Source: a virus | DNA: 64,000 nucleotides | Direction: 5' to 3' (one strand) | IMG/VR virus record: IMGVR_UViG_3300025759_000063 | Location: 32,001-96,000 of that record | Part shown: positions 30,309 through 39,754 of the stretch, piece by piece | Position numbering within the stretch: the stretch's first letter is position 1 | Layout: every line of letters starts with the position of its first letter | The notes under the pieces: model-generated | Told to the model about the DNA's origin: nothing | The model's database searches: none | Seen by the model: the letters and a program-made list of their open reading frames with translations, nothing else | Program-made: the position numbers and the translations under genes

Positions 30309-30426
30309 GATACTTTCAAAAAAATCGTGATTTTTGTTGGGGCGGATGCCCCATAGGGTCTGTGCAGTGAAATTGCAAAAAAATCGGGGTTTTACCCCTG
30401 ATGGCCACTTGAGTCTTGGGTGAGAC

Positions 30427-30867
30427 TCACCGCCTGTAGATGATGGTGATGGTTTTTCCATCATCCACTATACTCTCTAGAGTGCATTCTTTCAAGAGTT
30501 CTGCATTGTCGTGATTTGCTCTGGTTTTGATACGATGACACTCCTTGCAGAGTAATTGGCATTTCTCAACTTCTGGAATAATTCTAGACATATCCCAGTC
30601 GATGATTTTTCCAATAGTGTATGCTTTGTCTGCTCGGTTGATGTGGTCAAACTGAAGGTTTTCTGTCGTTCTACACCCTACACAGACTCCACCCAGATGC
30701 TCAACAAGTTGCTGCCTCTTTTTCTTGCGAAGTTCTCTGAGTTTTTCTGTCTTGTAAGCTCTATTTTTCTTTGCCCATTCACTGTTCCTTTCAAGTTTTT
30801 CCTCCCTGTAAGTTTCATCATTTTGGTATTTGTTTCGGTGCCAATCTGCACCAGTGTTCTTACTCAT
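30427..30867 (-). CDS. HNH endonuclease
   Basis: CVGC..TENLQFDHIN...KCQLLCKECH motif; late promoter upstream. Confidence 0.9.
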   Translation of the reverse strand: MSKNTGADWHRNKYQNDETYREEKLERNSEWAKKNRAYKTEKLRELRKKKRQQLVEHLGGVCVGCRTTENLQFDHINRADKAYTIGKIIDWDMSRIIPEVEKCQLLCKECHRIKTRANHDNAELLKECTLESIVDDGKTITIIYRR

Positions 30868-30870
30868 AAG

Positions 30871-30907
30871 AATGACACAACTGATTTATTTATATAGTTG
30901 TGTCATT
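30871..30907 (-). promoter_or_regulatory. T4-type late promoter inside a 12-bp stem next to the HNH start
   Basis: AATGACACAACT / AGTTGTGTCATT inverted repeat enclosing TATAAATA (30887-30894). Confidence 0.75.
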
Positions 30908-30911
30908 TCAA

Positions 30912-32102
30912 TCACCTCCGCACAACAGAATCCAACATCTCACCTTTATGAAATACGGTATCAACAACGTTCTGCAATGCTCGCTCGGTGCTGATACCAA
31001 CCTGGGAATACACAGGTACAACACAAAGACCAAACTTCTTGGTATCGCTACCCAAACGCAGGACACGGCCGATGGTTTGAACCATTTCGATGGTGTCCAT
31101 ATTGCGAAGGAAAACAACAGTCTCCAATTCGCTCACGTTGATACCCTCAGAGAGAATAGAACGGTGAAGAACAACAAACTTCTTGCTAGGATCTTTACCC
31201 CAAGCATTGAGAGTGTTGAAGAACTCCTCTCGGTTAGCTTTCTTGCCGTCAATTACAGCACCAGTCTTGCTAGTGATGTAGAGATAAGAGTAACCACGTT
31301 GTTGTAATTCAGAAGCAAAATCAGTGAATCCCATCAGGTTCATCAGTTGCTTGCTAGTCTTAACACAAACAAGAATCTTCTTGGTGTCAGTGTCATCAAT
31401 CGTGTCCAAAACATTGGCACAATCAATGTTAGGATTGATTTGTTTTGCCTTGTGAATGTCAAACTTCTTTGCCTGAATCTTAGGAGGAATGATGTAACCA
31501 CCCTCCACCAGTTCAGGTGCAGAAACGCGACAAATAATGTCACCATAAACCTCAACATCGTTCATACCAGGTTTGTTGATAGTGACAGAAGTCTTGCGGG
31601 TTGCAGTAAAGAAGTAGCAACGTTCTGCATCGCCAGAGAAGAACTCTGTAGGAGCAAAGAAGTTACGCTTTACAGAATTGTGTGCCTCATCAAAGTAAAT
31701 GGTGTTCACTTCGATGTCTGCTTGACGCAAACGATCAAGAGAATTGTAGGTCGTGAAGATAATGCAAGCATCACCAGCCGTGCGGGCAACATTAGCAAAC
31801 ATATGAATTTGCTTGGGGTTGGTGCTGCTGAAGTGAGAAGTTTCACCACTGTGAGCGTGCATTACGTGCACATTCTTGGTGTCGATAACCTCAAGAAATT
31901 CGCTACAGAGTTGCTCTGCAAGCAAAATACGAGGGCAAACAACAACAATGGTGGTGGCACCAATGTTGTCAATCTGTGCCTTAGCATCAGTAATCATTGT
32001 GAGAGTCTTGCCTGCACCAGTAGGCATAATCAACTGCCCCTTCATATGGGCAACCATTGCATCAACACCGCGTTGCTGATGTGGGCGAAGAAGTGGAATC
32101 AT
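30912..32102 (-). CDS. Superfamily 2 DEAD/DEAH-box helicase (type III Res-like)
   Basis: LRPHQ, PTGAGKT, DEAH, FTAT, LSEGINV and QTIGRVLR motifs. Confidence 0.9.
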   Translation of the reverse strand: MIPLLRPHQQRGVDAMVAHMKGQLIMPTGAGKTLTMITDAKAQIDNIGATTIVVVCPRILLAEQLCSEFLEVIDTKNVHVMHAHSGETSHFSSTNPKQIHMFANVARTAGDACIIFTTYNSLDRLRQADIEVNTIYFDEAHNSVKRNFFAPTEFFSGDAERCYFFTATRKTSVTINKPGMNDVEVYGDIICRVSAPELVEGGYIIPPKIQAKKFDIHKAKQINPNIDCANVLDTIDDTDTKKILVCVKTSKQLMNLMGFTDFASELQQRGYSYLYITSKTGAVIDGKKANREEFFNTLNAWGKDPSKKFVVLHRSILSEGINVSELETVVFLRNMDTIEMVQTIGRVLRLGSDTKKFGLCVVPVYSQVGISTERALQNVVDTVFHKGEMLDSVVRR

Positions 32103-32194
32103 TTAATCAATCGCTTATACTATAGGGACACTTTAAGTGGCTCAGTAATCCTAACACACCCAATTAAATGTGTAAATGTAGGATGAGTCCTAAA

Positions 32195-32224
32195 ATATGA
32201 AAGGAAGGCATTGTAGCGCCTTCC
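32195..32224 (-). terminator. Intrinsic terminator
   Basis: GGAAGGC-8 nt-GCCTTCC followed by a T-rich tail on the minus strand. Confidence 0.6.
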
Positions 32225-32233
32225 AGATGACTC

Positions 32234-32653
32234 TCAAACAGCAAGTGCGCTGCTGGGAATCTCAACAACCTCAGGCAGCGGTTTTCTATCATCAAACTGG
32301 TGCATATCATAACATACCCATTCACCATTGCGGAAGACATATGCAAACTCTTCGCTGTTATCGGGCAGCAAATACTCTGCAAGGTCAGCATCAAGGCGTG
32401 GAGGAGTATCTGATGCCCGTTGAGAATAATACTCAGGAGCATATTGACCCACAGGAAGTTTACCCTCCCAAGTGCGATTAGACCAGCAAGAACTCATATC
32501 ACCACCGTCAATCAGTTCGGATACTTTATCCTTAGTGTTGTAGTGTGTGATGAGAATACGACCCAACCACTCAGGATAACCATCATAGTGGTGATAAGCA
32601 GAAAGAATAGAACCGTCTTTGAGTTCGATACCAATGCGGGAGCGGGTTGCCAT
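32234..32653 (-). CDS. Conserved phage hypothetical protein
   Basis: MATRSRIG...YHHYDGYP..LG..L motif; follows repeat 12. Confidence 0.75.
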   Translation of the reverse strand: MATRSRIGIELKDGSILSAYHHYDGYPEWLGRILITHYNTKDKVSELIDGGDMSSCWSNRTWEGKLPVGQYAPEYYSQRASDTPPRLDADLAEYLLPDNSEEFAYVFRNGEWVCYDMHQFDDRKPLPEVVEIPSSALAV

Positions 32654-32704
32654 TGTTTTGTGTGTGATTATACTATAAGGACAGTTTAAGTGGCTCAGTT
32701 GTTA

Positions 32705-32935
32705 TCAACCACCGAACAGTTCATCGAAGAGATCGTCGCCCATCTGATCCATTTCCAGTTTGCGATCCATTGCATTTCGCATTTCAATCAGAGCAATCTG
32801 CTTTGCTTTTAGTTTATCCATTTCAACATTCAAGGCGTGCAGTTTGTTGTTAATCTCAATGCGATCCAATCCATCAACAGTGGTAACAGTGATGGGAAAT
32901 CCTTGGGAGATGATAGTTTTTTCAGAGATGATCAT
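32705..32935 (-). CDS. Hypothetical coiled-coil protein
   Basis: Fills the interval between repeats 13 and 12. Confidence 0.7.
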   Translation of the reverse strand: MIISEKTIISQGFPITVTTVDGLDRIEINNKLHALNVEMDKLKAKQIALIEMRNAMDRKLEMDQMGDDLFDELFGG

Positions 32936-32980
32936 TAAGTGTTCCGTATCTACTACTGGGACACTTTAAGTGGCTCAGTT

Positions 32981-33577
32981 TCAGCTCTCGTCGCCAGATG
33001 ATGTGTACTTGTTCTTCAGTTCACTCTCTTTCTTTTTGCCTGTTGATTGAAGAACCAAATCTCTCAGTTTTCTTCTACCTTCTCTCTTAATTCTTCTCTT
33101 CTCATCTCTAGTATATTCACCTTTTGTCATCTTTACCTGCTTCTCTCTTTCAGGAGCTGGTTTCTTCTTAGAAAGGAGTTTACTTCCTTCTTTATCTAAA
33201 TCGCGTGATTTTGGTTTTGAAGAAGTTGATGCAGTTCCTCCAGATGCCTTTTCCGCTGCTCTTTTTCTTGCTGCAGCTCTTCTTTCTGCCTTTACTTTAT
33301 CTGCATATGATTGCTTAACCTCAGCAGAACCTCTTTCCTGTGTTGGTTGTTGCTGTCTTTCAGAACTTGATCTTTGGGTTCCAATATCTTTGCGGTCACT
33401 ATATCTTTTTGCTGGTTCCGTTTTACCACCACCAACTCTCTTTCTTCTTCTAGTTTCTGCATCAGACAGTCTCCTGTCAGATCCTACTCTTCCACCTTCC
33501 CCAGTTTTTCTAATTTGGGAAGAACCCATTACATCAGCATCATATGCTTCGGCACAAAATTGAGAGAAGGTCTTCAT
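32981..33577 (-). CDS. Putative internal head protein (basic, capsid-targeting-like N-terminus)
   Basis: MKTFSQFCAE resembles the T4 IP capsid-targeting sequence MKTYQEFIAE; K/R rich; TATAAATA at 33600-33607. Confidence 0.6.
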   Translation of the reverse strand: MKTFSQFCAEAYDADVMGSSQIRKTGEGGRVGSDRRLSDAETRRRKRVGGGKTEPAKRYSDRKDIGTQRSSSERQQQPTQERGSAEVKQSYADKVKAERRAAARKRAAEKASGGTASTSSKPKSRDLDKEGSKLLSKKKPAPEREKQVKMTKGEYTRDEKRRIKREGRRKLRDLVLQSTGKKKESELKNKYTSSGDES

Positions 33578-33627
33578 CAGAATAAGAGAGATTTCTTATT
33601 ATTTATAAATCCTAATTCATCACAAGC

Positions 33628-33656
33628 AAAAAAGAGAGGGACTGTGGACAGCCCCT
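33628..33656 (-). terminator. Intrinsic terminator
   Basis: Minus strand GAGGGGCTGTCCACAGTCCCTC followed by TCTTTTTT. Confidence 0.6.
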
Positions 33657-33664
33657 CAACTGGT

Positions 33665-33859
33665 TCAATCTTCAGTTTTCTTTTCTTTCCTCGGACTTGC
33701 AACAAGTCCCTCATCATAAAAATACTTAACTCGTTCACGTCGTGCTACAACAAGCATATCATATTGCTCTTGTTGTTCTTTAGTGTACTTGAAATTTTGT
33801 TTCCTCCAAGCATCACGAAGTTCAAACATGTGAGGCAGAACATTAACAGTGTCGGTCAT
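33665..33859 (-). CDS. Hypothetical protein
   Basis: Follows repeat 14. Confidence 0.7.
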   Translation of the reverse strand: MTDTVNVLPHMFELRDAWRKQNFKYTKEQQEQYDMLVVARRERVKYFYDEGLVASPRKEKKTED

Positions 33860-34399
33860 TGTTGTTTGGTGATTGTAATACTAGAACAGTTTAAGTGGCT
33901 CAGTTATCTTCTTTGTTGGTATTCACTCGAACATTGTAAGGACTGCGCCAGTATGAACGGAAGCAAGTAACAACAATGAGAAGCGTTGAAAGAACACCAA
34001 CAAAACCAAGGATGGTGGTAGCATCGCCATTAAAGTTCAGAGTGTCAGGAGTCATTTTGCGTAGATACAGTTAGGGTTAGAAATTTGTTCGGCACAGATT
34101 TTATCATATGCCTCAAGCATTTTACTATCTCGGTTTGCAAGAAAGGCATTATACATCAGAATGCCTATGAATGCAAGAAAGATGTAGGAGGTTTTCATTT
34201 GAGTTCGATACGATCAAAGAGAACCATTGCAAGGTCGAAATAGAGATCATCGTCCATTTCACCCATCGTAGCATCAAGTGCCTCACACACTAGTTGTTGC
34301 ATCATAGAGGCATAGGTCTCATTTGCATAGATGTGTTCCAAAACATCATTCTTCAGAGCATCAGCAATGTTAGAAACTGTTTGATTGGAGAGTGGCATT

Positions 34400-34537
34400 T
34401 TAGTAATCGTAGTTTCCGTTGATGTAATCATTCAGATTGAAATTGCTAGCATCTTCATAGAGTTCGGCAAAATCATCATCGGAGATGTAATCAAAGTTTT
34501 CAAGCTCTTCAATTTGAATGTCGTCGAAAGGATTCAT
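34400..34537 (-). CDS. Very acidic 45-aa protein
   Basis: MNPFDDIQIEELENFDYISDDDFAELYEDASNFNLNDYINGNYDY; first ORF after repeat 15. Confidence 0.6.
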   Translation of the reverse strand: MNPFDDIQIEELENFDYISDDDFAELYEDASNFNLNDYINGNYDY

Positions 34538-34579
34538 AGTTTCGTTTGTTCCTTACACTGTTGGTACACTTTAAGTGGC

Positions 34580-34843
34580 TCAGTTTACCTTATCGTAGAC
34601 TGATTCCCTAGACTTAACAAATTTTAAGTCTTTCCATGATTGATTGTAACAGAGAATCAGGGTTCTTTCATTTCGATGTAATCCTGAATGTACTAGATCT
34701 TCTTCAGGTTTTGGTTTTACATTGATTTCAATGGTGAGATAATCTTTACATTTGAAGTAAATCCATCCTTCAATGTCAACACCAACACTCTGTTTCCACA
34801 GAACATAGTCATTTACTTTTGGTTCATACATATGCAAGTTCAA
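34580..34843 (-). CDS. Hypothetical protein
   Basis: YEPKVNDYVLW..EGWIYFK; stop inside repeat 15. Confidence 0.65.
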   Translation of the reverse strand: MNLHMYEPKVNDYVLWKQSVGVDIEGWIYFKCKDYLTIEINVKPKPEEDLVHSGLHRNERTLILCYNQSWKDLKFVKSRESVYDKVN

Positions 34844-35144
34844 GTGGAGTTAGTTTTGGTTTCATAGCTGAGTATGGAGAAGTATTCCCAAACTCTACCG
34901 AATCTCCGCACTTGGAGGAGTTAATAGGGGCGTGATAGGATTCGGTTTTGGTGTTGAAGAATCCCCAAATACTTCGCGCACTAGCACCATCGTTGTAAAC
35001 AAATTTATAATGATTGCGAATCCAAATAGCAATGATGTTGCGTTTAAATTCTTCAACTTCATAACTGTAACCCTCTGGTGCTGTGTGTTTGAATGATTCA
35101 GGTAAGGAAAGAATCAACGATTCCGATTTCTTCGTTCGCTTCAT
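34824..35144 (-). CDS. Conserved cyanophage hypothetical protein
   Basis: FKHTAPEGYSYEV...SIWGF...APIN...TSPYSAM motif. Confidence 0.7.
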   Translation of the reverse strand: MKRTKKSESLILSLPESFKHTAPEGYSYEVEEFKRNIIAIWIRNHYKFVYNDGASARSIWGFFNTKTESYHAPINSSKCGDSVEFGNTSPYSAMKPKLTPLELAYV

Positions 35145-35343
35145 TACTTAATTCCAAACGTGTTGCTCGATAAACATTTTCCTGAATCCGATCATCATAA
35201 GAACTCTCACATTCATCACGCCAATCAATCAAAACATCGTGACATTGATTGTCATTCTCAGCAACAACTGCAATCAATCCTCCATACTCAGAACTTGGAA
35301 AAGGAACCCAGTAATTAACAAGATACAAATACTTTTGTGCCAT
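35098..35343 (-). CDS. Conserved hypothetical protein
   Basis: YWVPFPSSEYGG motif; sigma70-like TTGAAG-17-TATAAT upstream at 35367-35395. Confidence 0.7.
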   Translation of the reverse strand: MAQKYLYLVNYWVPFPSSEYGGLIAVVAENDNQCHDVLIDWRDECESSYDDRIQENVYRATRLELSNEANEEIGIVDSFLT

Positions 35344-35628
35344 TATCGAATAAAAATTACTTAGTGATTATATCAGAGATTGTAAAATTCTTCAAGATAA
35401 TAGGGTTCAGAGACTTGTAGTTTTGAAGCTTCTTCTTCAATCATTTTCCAAAATTCAATTTCGGAATCTGTCGGTTGTTCTTTGTTCAAATTTTCTTTCA
35501 TCATTTGGTCTAATTTTCTTAAAATAAAAACCTAGGATTAGTGACGTTACTGACACAATTCCTAGGTATATCATGCAAGCAAGAAGAATGCTCATTGAAC
35601 TCTACACAATTAGGACACTTTAAGTGGC

Positions 35629-35841
35629 TCAGTCATCATAAACTCTACATTCAAGTGCATCGGGGTTTGCATCACAATAAAGTTCTAATGGAGTTGGATC
35701 GTGGTCATCATTTGGATGATTCTTTTTGTATTCTTTAAGAGCTTCTAATTCCTCTTCAGTATGCCTGCGAGACTGTGCAGAAATCATTGGATTGTCAAGG
35801 ATAGATTGATCCTTTTCAATATGTTTGTCGATGTTTTCCAT
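35629..35841 (-). CDS. cp12: CP12 Calvin-cycle inhibitor (cyanophage type)
   Basis: DPTPLELYCDANPDALECRVYDD C-terminus and cyanophage-type N-terminus. Confidence 0.93.
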   Translation of the reverse strand: MENIDKHIEKDQSILDNPMISAQSRRHTEEELEALKEYKKNHPNDDHDPTPLELYCDANPDALECRVYDD

Positions 35842-35872
35842 TTGTCTTTTTGTTTCTTATATTTATTTTTAA

Positions 35873-36094
35873 TTAACCACCTTTTTCTTTCATACTTCGC
35901 ACCAAATACTCAGTAAACCTTTCCATTCGTGAAGGGCAAACTGCCTGAGGATATTGATTGATTGCATCCTTAAGTGCAACCAATTCATTCCACTCTTCTT
36001 CTGATAATTTTGTTTTGCCGCTAGGAGGAGTAATTGTCATGGTTGTGTCAGAATACCCTAACATTCTATCAGTATTTAATGCAGAACTTAGCAT
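35873..36094 (-). CDS. Hypothetical protein
   Basis: ORF track; LSEEEWNELVALKDAI. Confidence 0.55.
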   Translation of the reverse strand: MLSSALNTDRMLGYSDTTMTITPPSGKTKLSEEEWNELVALKDAINQYPQAVCPSRMERFTEYLVRSMKEKGG

Positions 36095-36128
36095 TCTTAA
36101 TGTTTTCTTTGGGATTGGTTAAAATATC

Positions 36129-36353
36129 TTAATCAGTAAAGAATGGTCCAAAGTTTCCACTGCTGCCTGGTTTTCTGTCTTCAAGCATATCTAAAATGTT
36201 TTCAAACTTTTTCAGTTTTTCAATATCATAAAGAACCTTTGAGATTTGTTGAATCACCAAAGGTTTTTCATTTGTTGCAGCTGATTTGATTGCAGACCTG
36301 AGTGCAGATTCTGCATCAAGTAAATGGTCAAGTGTATTCTTTGAGAGTGTCAT
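36129..36353 (-). CDS. Hypothetical protein
   Basis: ORF track; operon with a 42-aa ORF 36353..36481 under a TTGACT-17-TATAAT promoter (36501-36529). Confidence 0.65.
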   Translation of the reverse strand: MTLSKNTLDHLLDAESALRSAIKSAATNEKPLVIQQISKVLYDIEKLKKFENILDMLEDRKPGSSGNFGPFFTD

Positions 36354-36530
36354 TAACTTTCAGTTTTCTCTTTGTTTAGTTCTACATTGTGCCAATAGAT
36401 CTCAAGTGCTTTCACAGATTCGGGAGTTTCTTCCCATTCCCAAGTGTCACCTTTGGTACTTACATATGTACGTGTTGCCATACTATTCCTCCAAAATTAA
36501 ATTATAAAACAAAATAAGAAAAAAGTCAAA

Positions 36531-39140
36531 TTATACAGTAACTGCATATTTTACAACCTTTATTTCTGCTGATGTTGCATTTGCCATATCAACTTGTAAA
36601 AGTAAATTTGACCCACTTATTGTTGTTGAGAATGTGGCAAGATAGTTATTGGTTGCAACAGATCCACTCTCAACCAAACTTGCAGTAGAATCATTGTGAA
36701 TGACTAACAAATCCGTACATTGATAATCATTTCCTTGTGATATTTGAACTTGGTATCTAGCAGATCTATATGTTGATATTGGGAATGAATCTATTGTGGA
36801 TGTGGTAAGAGTCGATAATTGAGTTACTGCTGTTCCTATTCCAAGAATGTCAGAAAGATTCATAGAACCACCAGCAACGGTGGCATATCCAACATCATCG
36901 ACAAAGGCACTTAACCCCGTTGGTGCATTTGTCAAATCAGTATAGTCACCAGAGAATGTGGATATAGAAACTAAGTTGTTTACATATCCTTCTGTTGCAT
37001 AACCAACCACAATACTAGATGTTACAAATCCTACGTCATTTGAGAAAGAACTTAATGCCGTTGGAGTATTCGTTAAGTCTCCATAGTCTCCCGAGAATGT
37101 GGATATAGAAACTAAGTTGTTTACATATCCTTCTGTTGCATATCCTGTAACTACACTAGAAGTTACAAAACCAACATCATTACTAAATGAACTTAATGAA
37201 GTTGGTGTGTTTACAAGGTCGTTATAGTCACCCGAGAATGTAGATATGGAAACTAAGTTGTTTACATATCCTTCTGTTGCATATCCTACAACAATACTAG
37301 AAGTTACAAATCCTACATCATTACTAAATGAACTTAATCCTACTGGTGTGTTGGTAAGATCGTTGTAGTTTCCGGAGAATGTAGATACTGCAACGTGCTG
37401 TAAAACGTAACCTTCTGTTGCGTGACCAACAAGAGATGCAGCAGTAATAAATCCCAAATCATTTGAGAAAGAACTTAATCCTACTGGTGTGTTGGTAAGA
37501 TCATTGTAGTTTCCAGAGAATGTAGATATGGAAACAAGATTGTTTACATAAGTTTCGGTGACATATCCAACCAAATTGGGTGGAGTGTAAGTGAAAACAC
37601 CAGTGGTATCATCATAAGAAAGATTTGCTGTTCCTGGAGAACCTACTGTTACAGAAAAAGCATCAAGATCAGCACCACCGCCTCCACCACCACCTACAAC
37701 AGTTTCAAATACAAACTTACGTGAAGGATGATCATATTTCAGAAACTTACCATTATACGCAGATGGATTTGTTGCAATACCAACAACATCATCCAGATAT
37801 TTAAGTTGTGTTTCTCCGCCACCACCAAGAGTAGACAACTGATGTTGAATTCTATTGATAAATGTTCTGTAATGTTCTTGAAGTTGTTTAAACGTAACAA
37901 AATTCTGATCCAATGGGGTCAAAGGATCTTTATTGTCAGTTTGTGGAGGTTCTGTAATAGTTTCTTGAAGATATTCTTTTTGAGACTCATTAAAGTGCTC
38001 AAAGATTTCTTCCAAATGCTTAATCTTATCATTTAAAAGTGCATTACTTTTCTGATAATTTTCATAGAGTTTTTCCAACTCTTTCTTATCAGTTTTCTTT
38101 GCAGAAATTACTTTCTTAGATAGACTATCAAAGTTACTCTTTAATGATTCTATTTCCTCATCATAGCATTTTACCTCAGGCAATACCTGCAGTTCCGGAA
38201 TTGAATTCTTAATCTCAACAATCTTTTGACTGATGATATTAAGTTCTTCATCATAATACTTTGGTTCGGGAAGAAGATTGATAGATTCCTTTAATTCGCC
38301 AATCTTACTCTCAATCTCAACAATTTGATCATCATAATACCTAACTTCCGGAAACTCAGGAATTGTTGGAATACTTGAGTTTACTTGATCTATCTTCTCA
38401 TGGAGATGAATTATATTTTCATCATAATACTTAATCTCAGGAACTACAGGAATTGAAGCATTAACTTCCGCAAGTCTTTGCTCAATCTTACTAATCTGCT
38501 CATCATAACACTTTACTTCAGGAAGACTCTCAATCTGATTCTTAATAGAATCAATTGTAGTCAGAAGTTCTTCAAGCTCTCTATCATAATATTTGATTTC
38601 AGGAACTACTGGAATTGAATTCTTAACTTCTACAATTACATTTCTAAGTTGATCTAAATCCTCATCATAAAGGATTGGTTCAGGTATCTTTGGAATTTCA
38701 GACCTGATACCGTCAATCTCTTCTCTTAAGATAAAAAGATTTTTGTAGATGTAAGTTGCATCAAATTTATCTTCTTTAATTCTATCAATATAAGATTTTA
38801 ATTCATCAATTTTACTATCGTATTTTGCAGTACTTACAATATTTTCTCTTATTTGATCTATGTTACTTGATATATTATAGACCAATTCTTCTATATTTTT
38901 CTTCTCAGGTTCTTCTTTAATATAGTCGTCTTCTAAAACTACTTCTACTTCTTTCGCAATTTTTATATCATTGAATAAAAGTTTTGGACTTAATAATTTT
39001 TTATTATTTGCATTATTATCTTCAATTATTTTTTGGCATTCTAATTCATCCAAAAGATCTAATCTTTTTTCTTCAAATAATTCTTTTGGAGATTTTATTT
39101 TTTTAGACATAAATTCTGCGTCAGATCTTTTTTCCATCAT
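36531..39140 (-). CDS. Repeat-rich virion/fibre-like protein
   Basis: PEIKYYD coiled-coil repeats, GGGGETQLKYLDDV, five TFSG.Y.DL.N.P repeats, C-terminal SARYQVQI domain; ATAAATA upstream. Confidence 0.65.
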   Translation of the reverse strand: MMEKRSDAEFMSKKIKSPKELFEEKRLDLLDELECQKIIEDNNANNKKLLSPKLLFNDIKIAKEVEVVLEDDYIKEEPEKKNIEELVYNISSNIDQIRENIVSTAKYDSKIDELKSYIDRIKEDKFDATYIYKNLFILREEIDGIRSEIPKIPEPILYDEDLDQLRNVIVEVKNSIPVVPEIKYYDRELEELLTTIDSIKNQIESLPEVKCYDEQISKIEQRLAEVNASIPVVPEIKYYDENIIHLHEKIDQVNSSIPTIPEFPEVRYYDDQIVEIESKIGELKESINLLPEPKYYDEELNIISQKIVEIKNSIPELQVLPEVKCYDEEIESLKSNFDSLSKKVISAKKTDKKELEKLYENYQKSNALLNDKIKHLEEIFEHFNESQKEYLQETITEPPQTDNKDPLTPLDQNFVTFKQLQEHYRTFINRIQHQLSTLGGGGETQLKYLDDVVGIATNPSAYNGKFLKYDHPSRKFVFETVVGGGGGGGADLDAFSVTVGSPGTANLSYDDTTGVFTYTPPNLVGYVTETYVNNLVSISTFSGNYNDLTNTPVGLSSFSNDLGFITAASLVGHATEGYVLQHVAVSTFSGNYNDLTNTPVGLSSFSNDVGFVTSSIVVGYATEGYVNNLVSISTFSGDYNDLVNTPTSLSSFSNDVGFVTSSVVTGYATEGYVNNLVSISTFSGDYGDLTNTPTALSSFSNDVGFVTSSIVVGYATEGYVNNLVSISTFSGDYTDLTNAPTGLSAFVDDVGYATVAGGSMNLSDILGIGTAVTQLSTLTTSTIDSFPISTYRSARYQVQISQGNDYQCTDLLVIHNDSTASLVESGSVATNNYLATFSTTISGSNLLLQVDMANATSAEIKVVKYAVTV

Positions 39141-39158
39141 TTTGATTTTAAATATTTA

Positions 39159-39497
39159 TTATGAAGGAAGAGTCGCAGATCCATTTACTATTGCATTTCC
39201 CTCAAATCTTTTGGTTCTTTTTCCTGCTGGGGAAATTAAAAATATATCATAATAGTATCTACCAGGATCTAAGTTTTTTGTGACAGAAGATCCCAGAGAT
39301 ACTGTTGTAATACCAAGTGTGGTATCTATTGTTGGATTTAAATTGTAAGAAGTAGTAGCACCAGGATGCTTTTTCAGATTCGATTCAACAGTATAAGATG
39401 CAAGACTTGGGATACTATTATCGGGATTCAGAATCTTAAAAGTAGAATCAAAATCCTCTCCCTGCTCAATTACAATATTAACTGCTAAAGTTGACAT
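39159..39497 (-). CDS. Small virion structural/adaptor protein
   Basis: IVIEQGEDF...LDPGRYYYDI...RFEG motif; CTAAATA upstream. Confidence 0.65.
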   Translation of the reverse strand: MSTLAVNIVIEQGEDFDSTFKILNPDNSIPSLASYTVESNLKKHPGATTSYNLNPTIDTTLGITTVSLGSSVTKNLDPGRYYYDIFLISPAGKRTKRFEGNAIVNGSATLPS

Positions 39498-39538
39498 CTC
39501 TCGTAACTACTATCCTAATCATATTTAGTTTATGATTC

Positions 39539-39754
39539 TTACAACTTACCACCAACAGTTCCTTCATGAGTGACTGAATCTCCCCAACCGTCTTGTCGCA
39601 TTTTTAAAAAAAATCTTGTGGCGCTCACGCAGTTTTTCTCAGTAAGTGATGTAAGAATACATTTACCATCTTTGTCATAAGAGTTCCACATTTTCCAACG
39701 TGATTGCTCCACATAGAAAGCACCATCATCATAAAATTGTTTTTCTTCGGGCAT
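39539..39754 (-). CDS. Hypothetical protein
   Basis: ORF track; ends GTVGGKL. Confidence 0.65.
   Translation of the reverse strand: MPEEKQFYDDGAFYVEQSRWKMWNSYDKDGKCILTSLTEKNCVSATRFFLKMRQDGWGDSVTHEGTVGGKL

Noticed and set aside
32178-32230. Hammerhead ribozyme (..ATGAG..GAAA-stem)
   Set aside because: Core CTGATGA is absent (GGATGAG) and there is no UH after the stem; better explained as a terminator
35530-35567. ACCTAGGA/TCCTAGGT inverted repeat as terminator or sRNA
   Set aside because: Falls inside a plausible small membrane-protein ORF (MSILLACMIYLGIVSV...) starting at 35595, so it may be incidental
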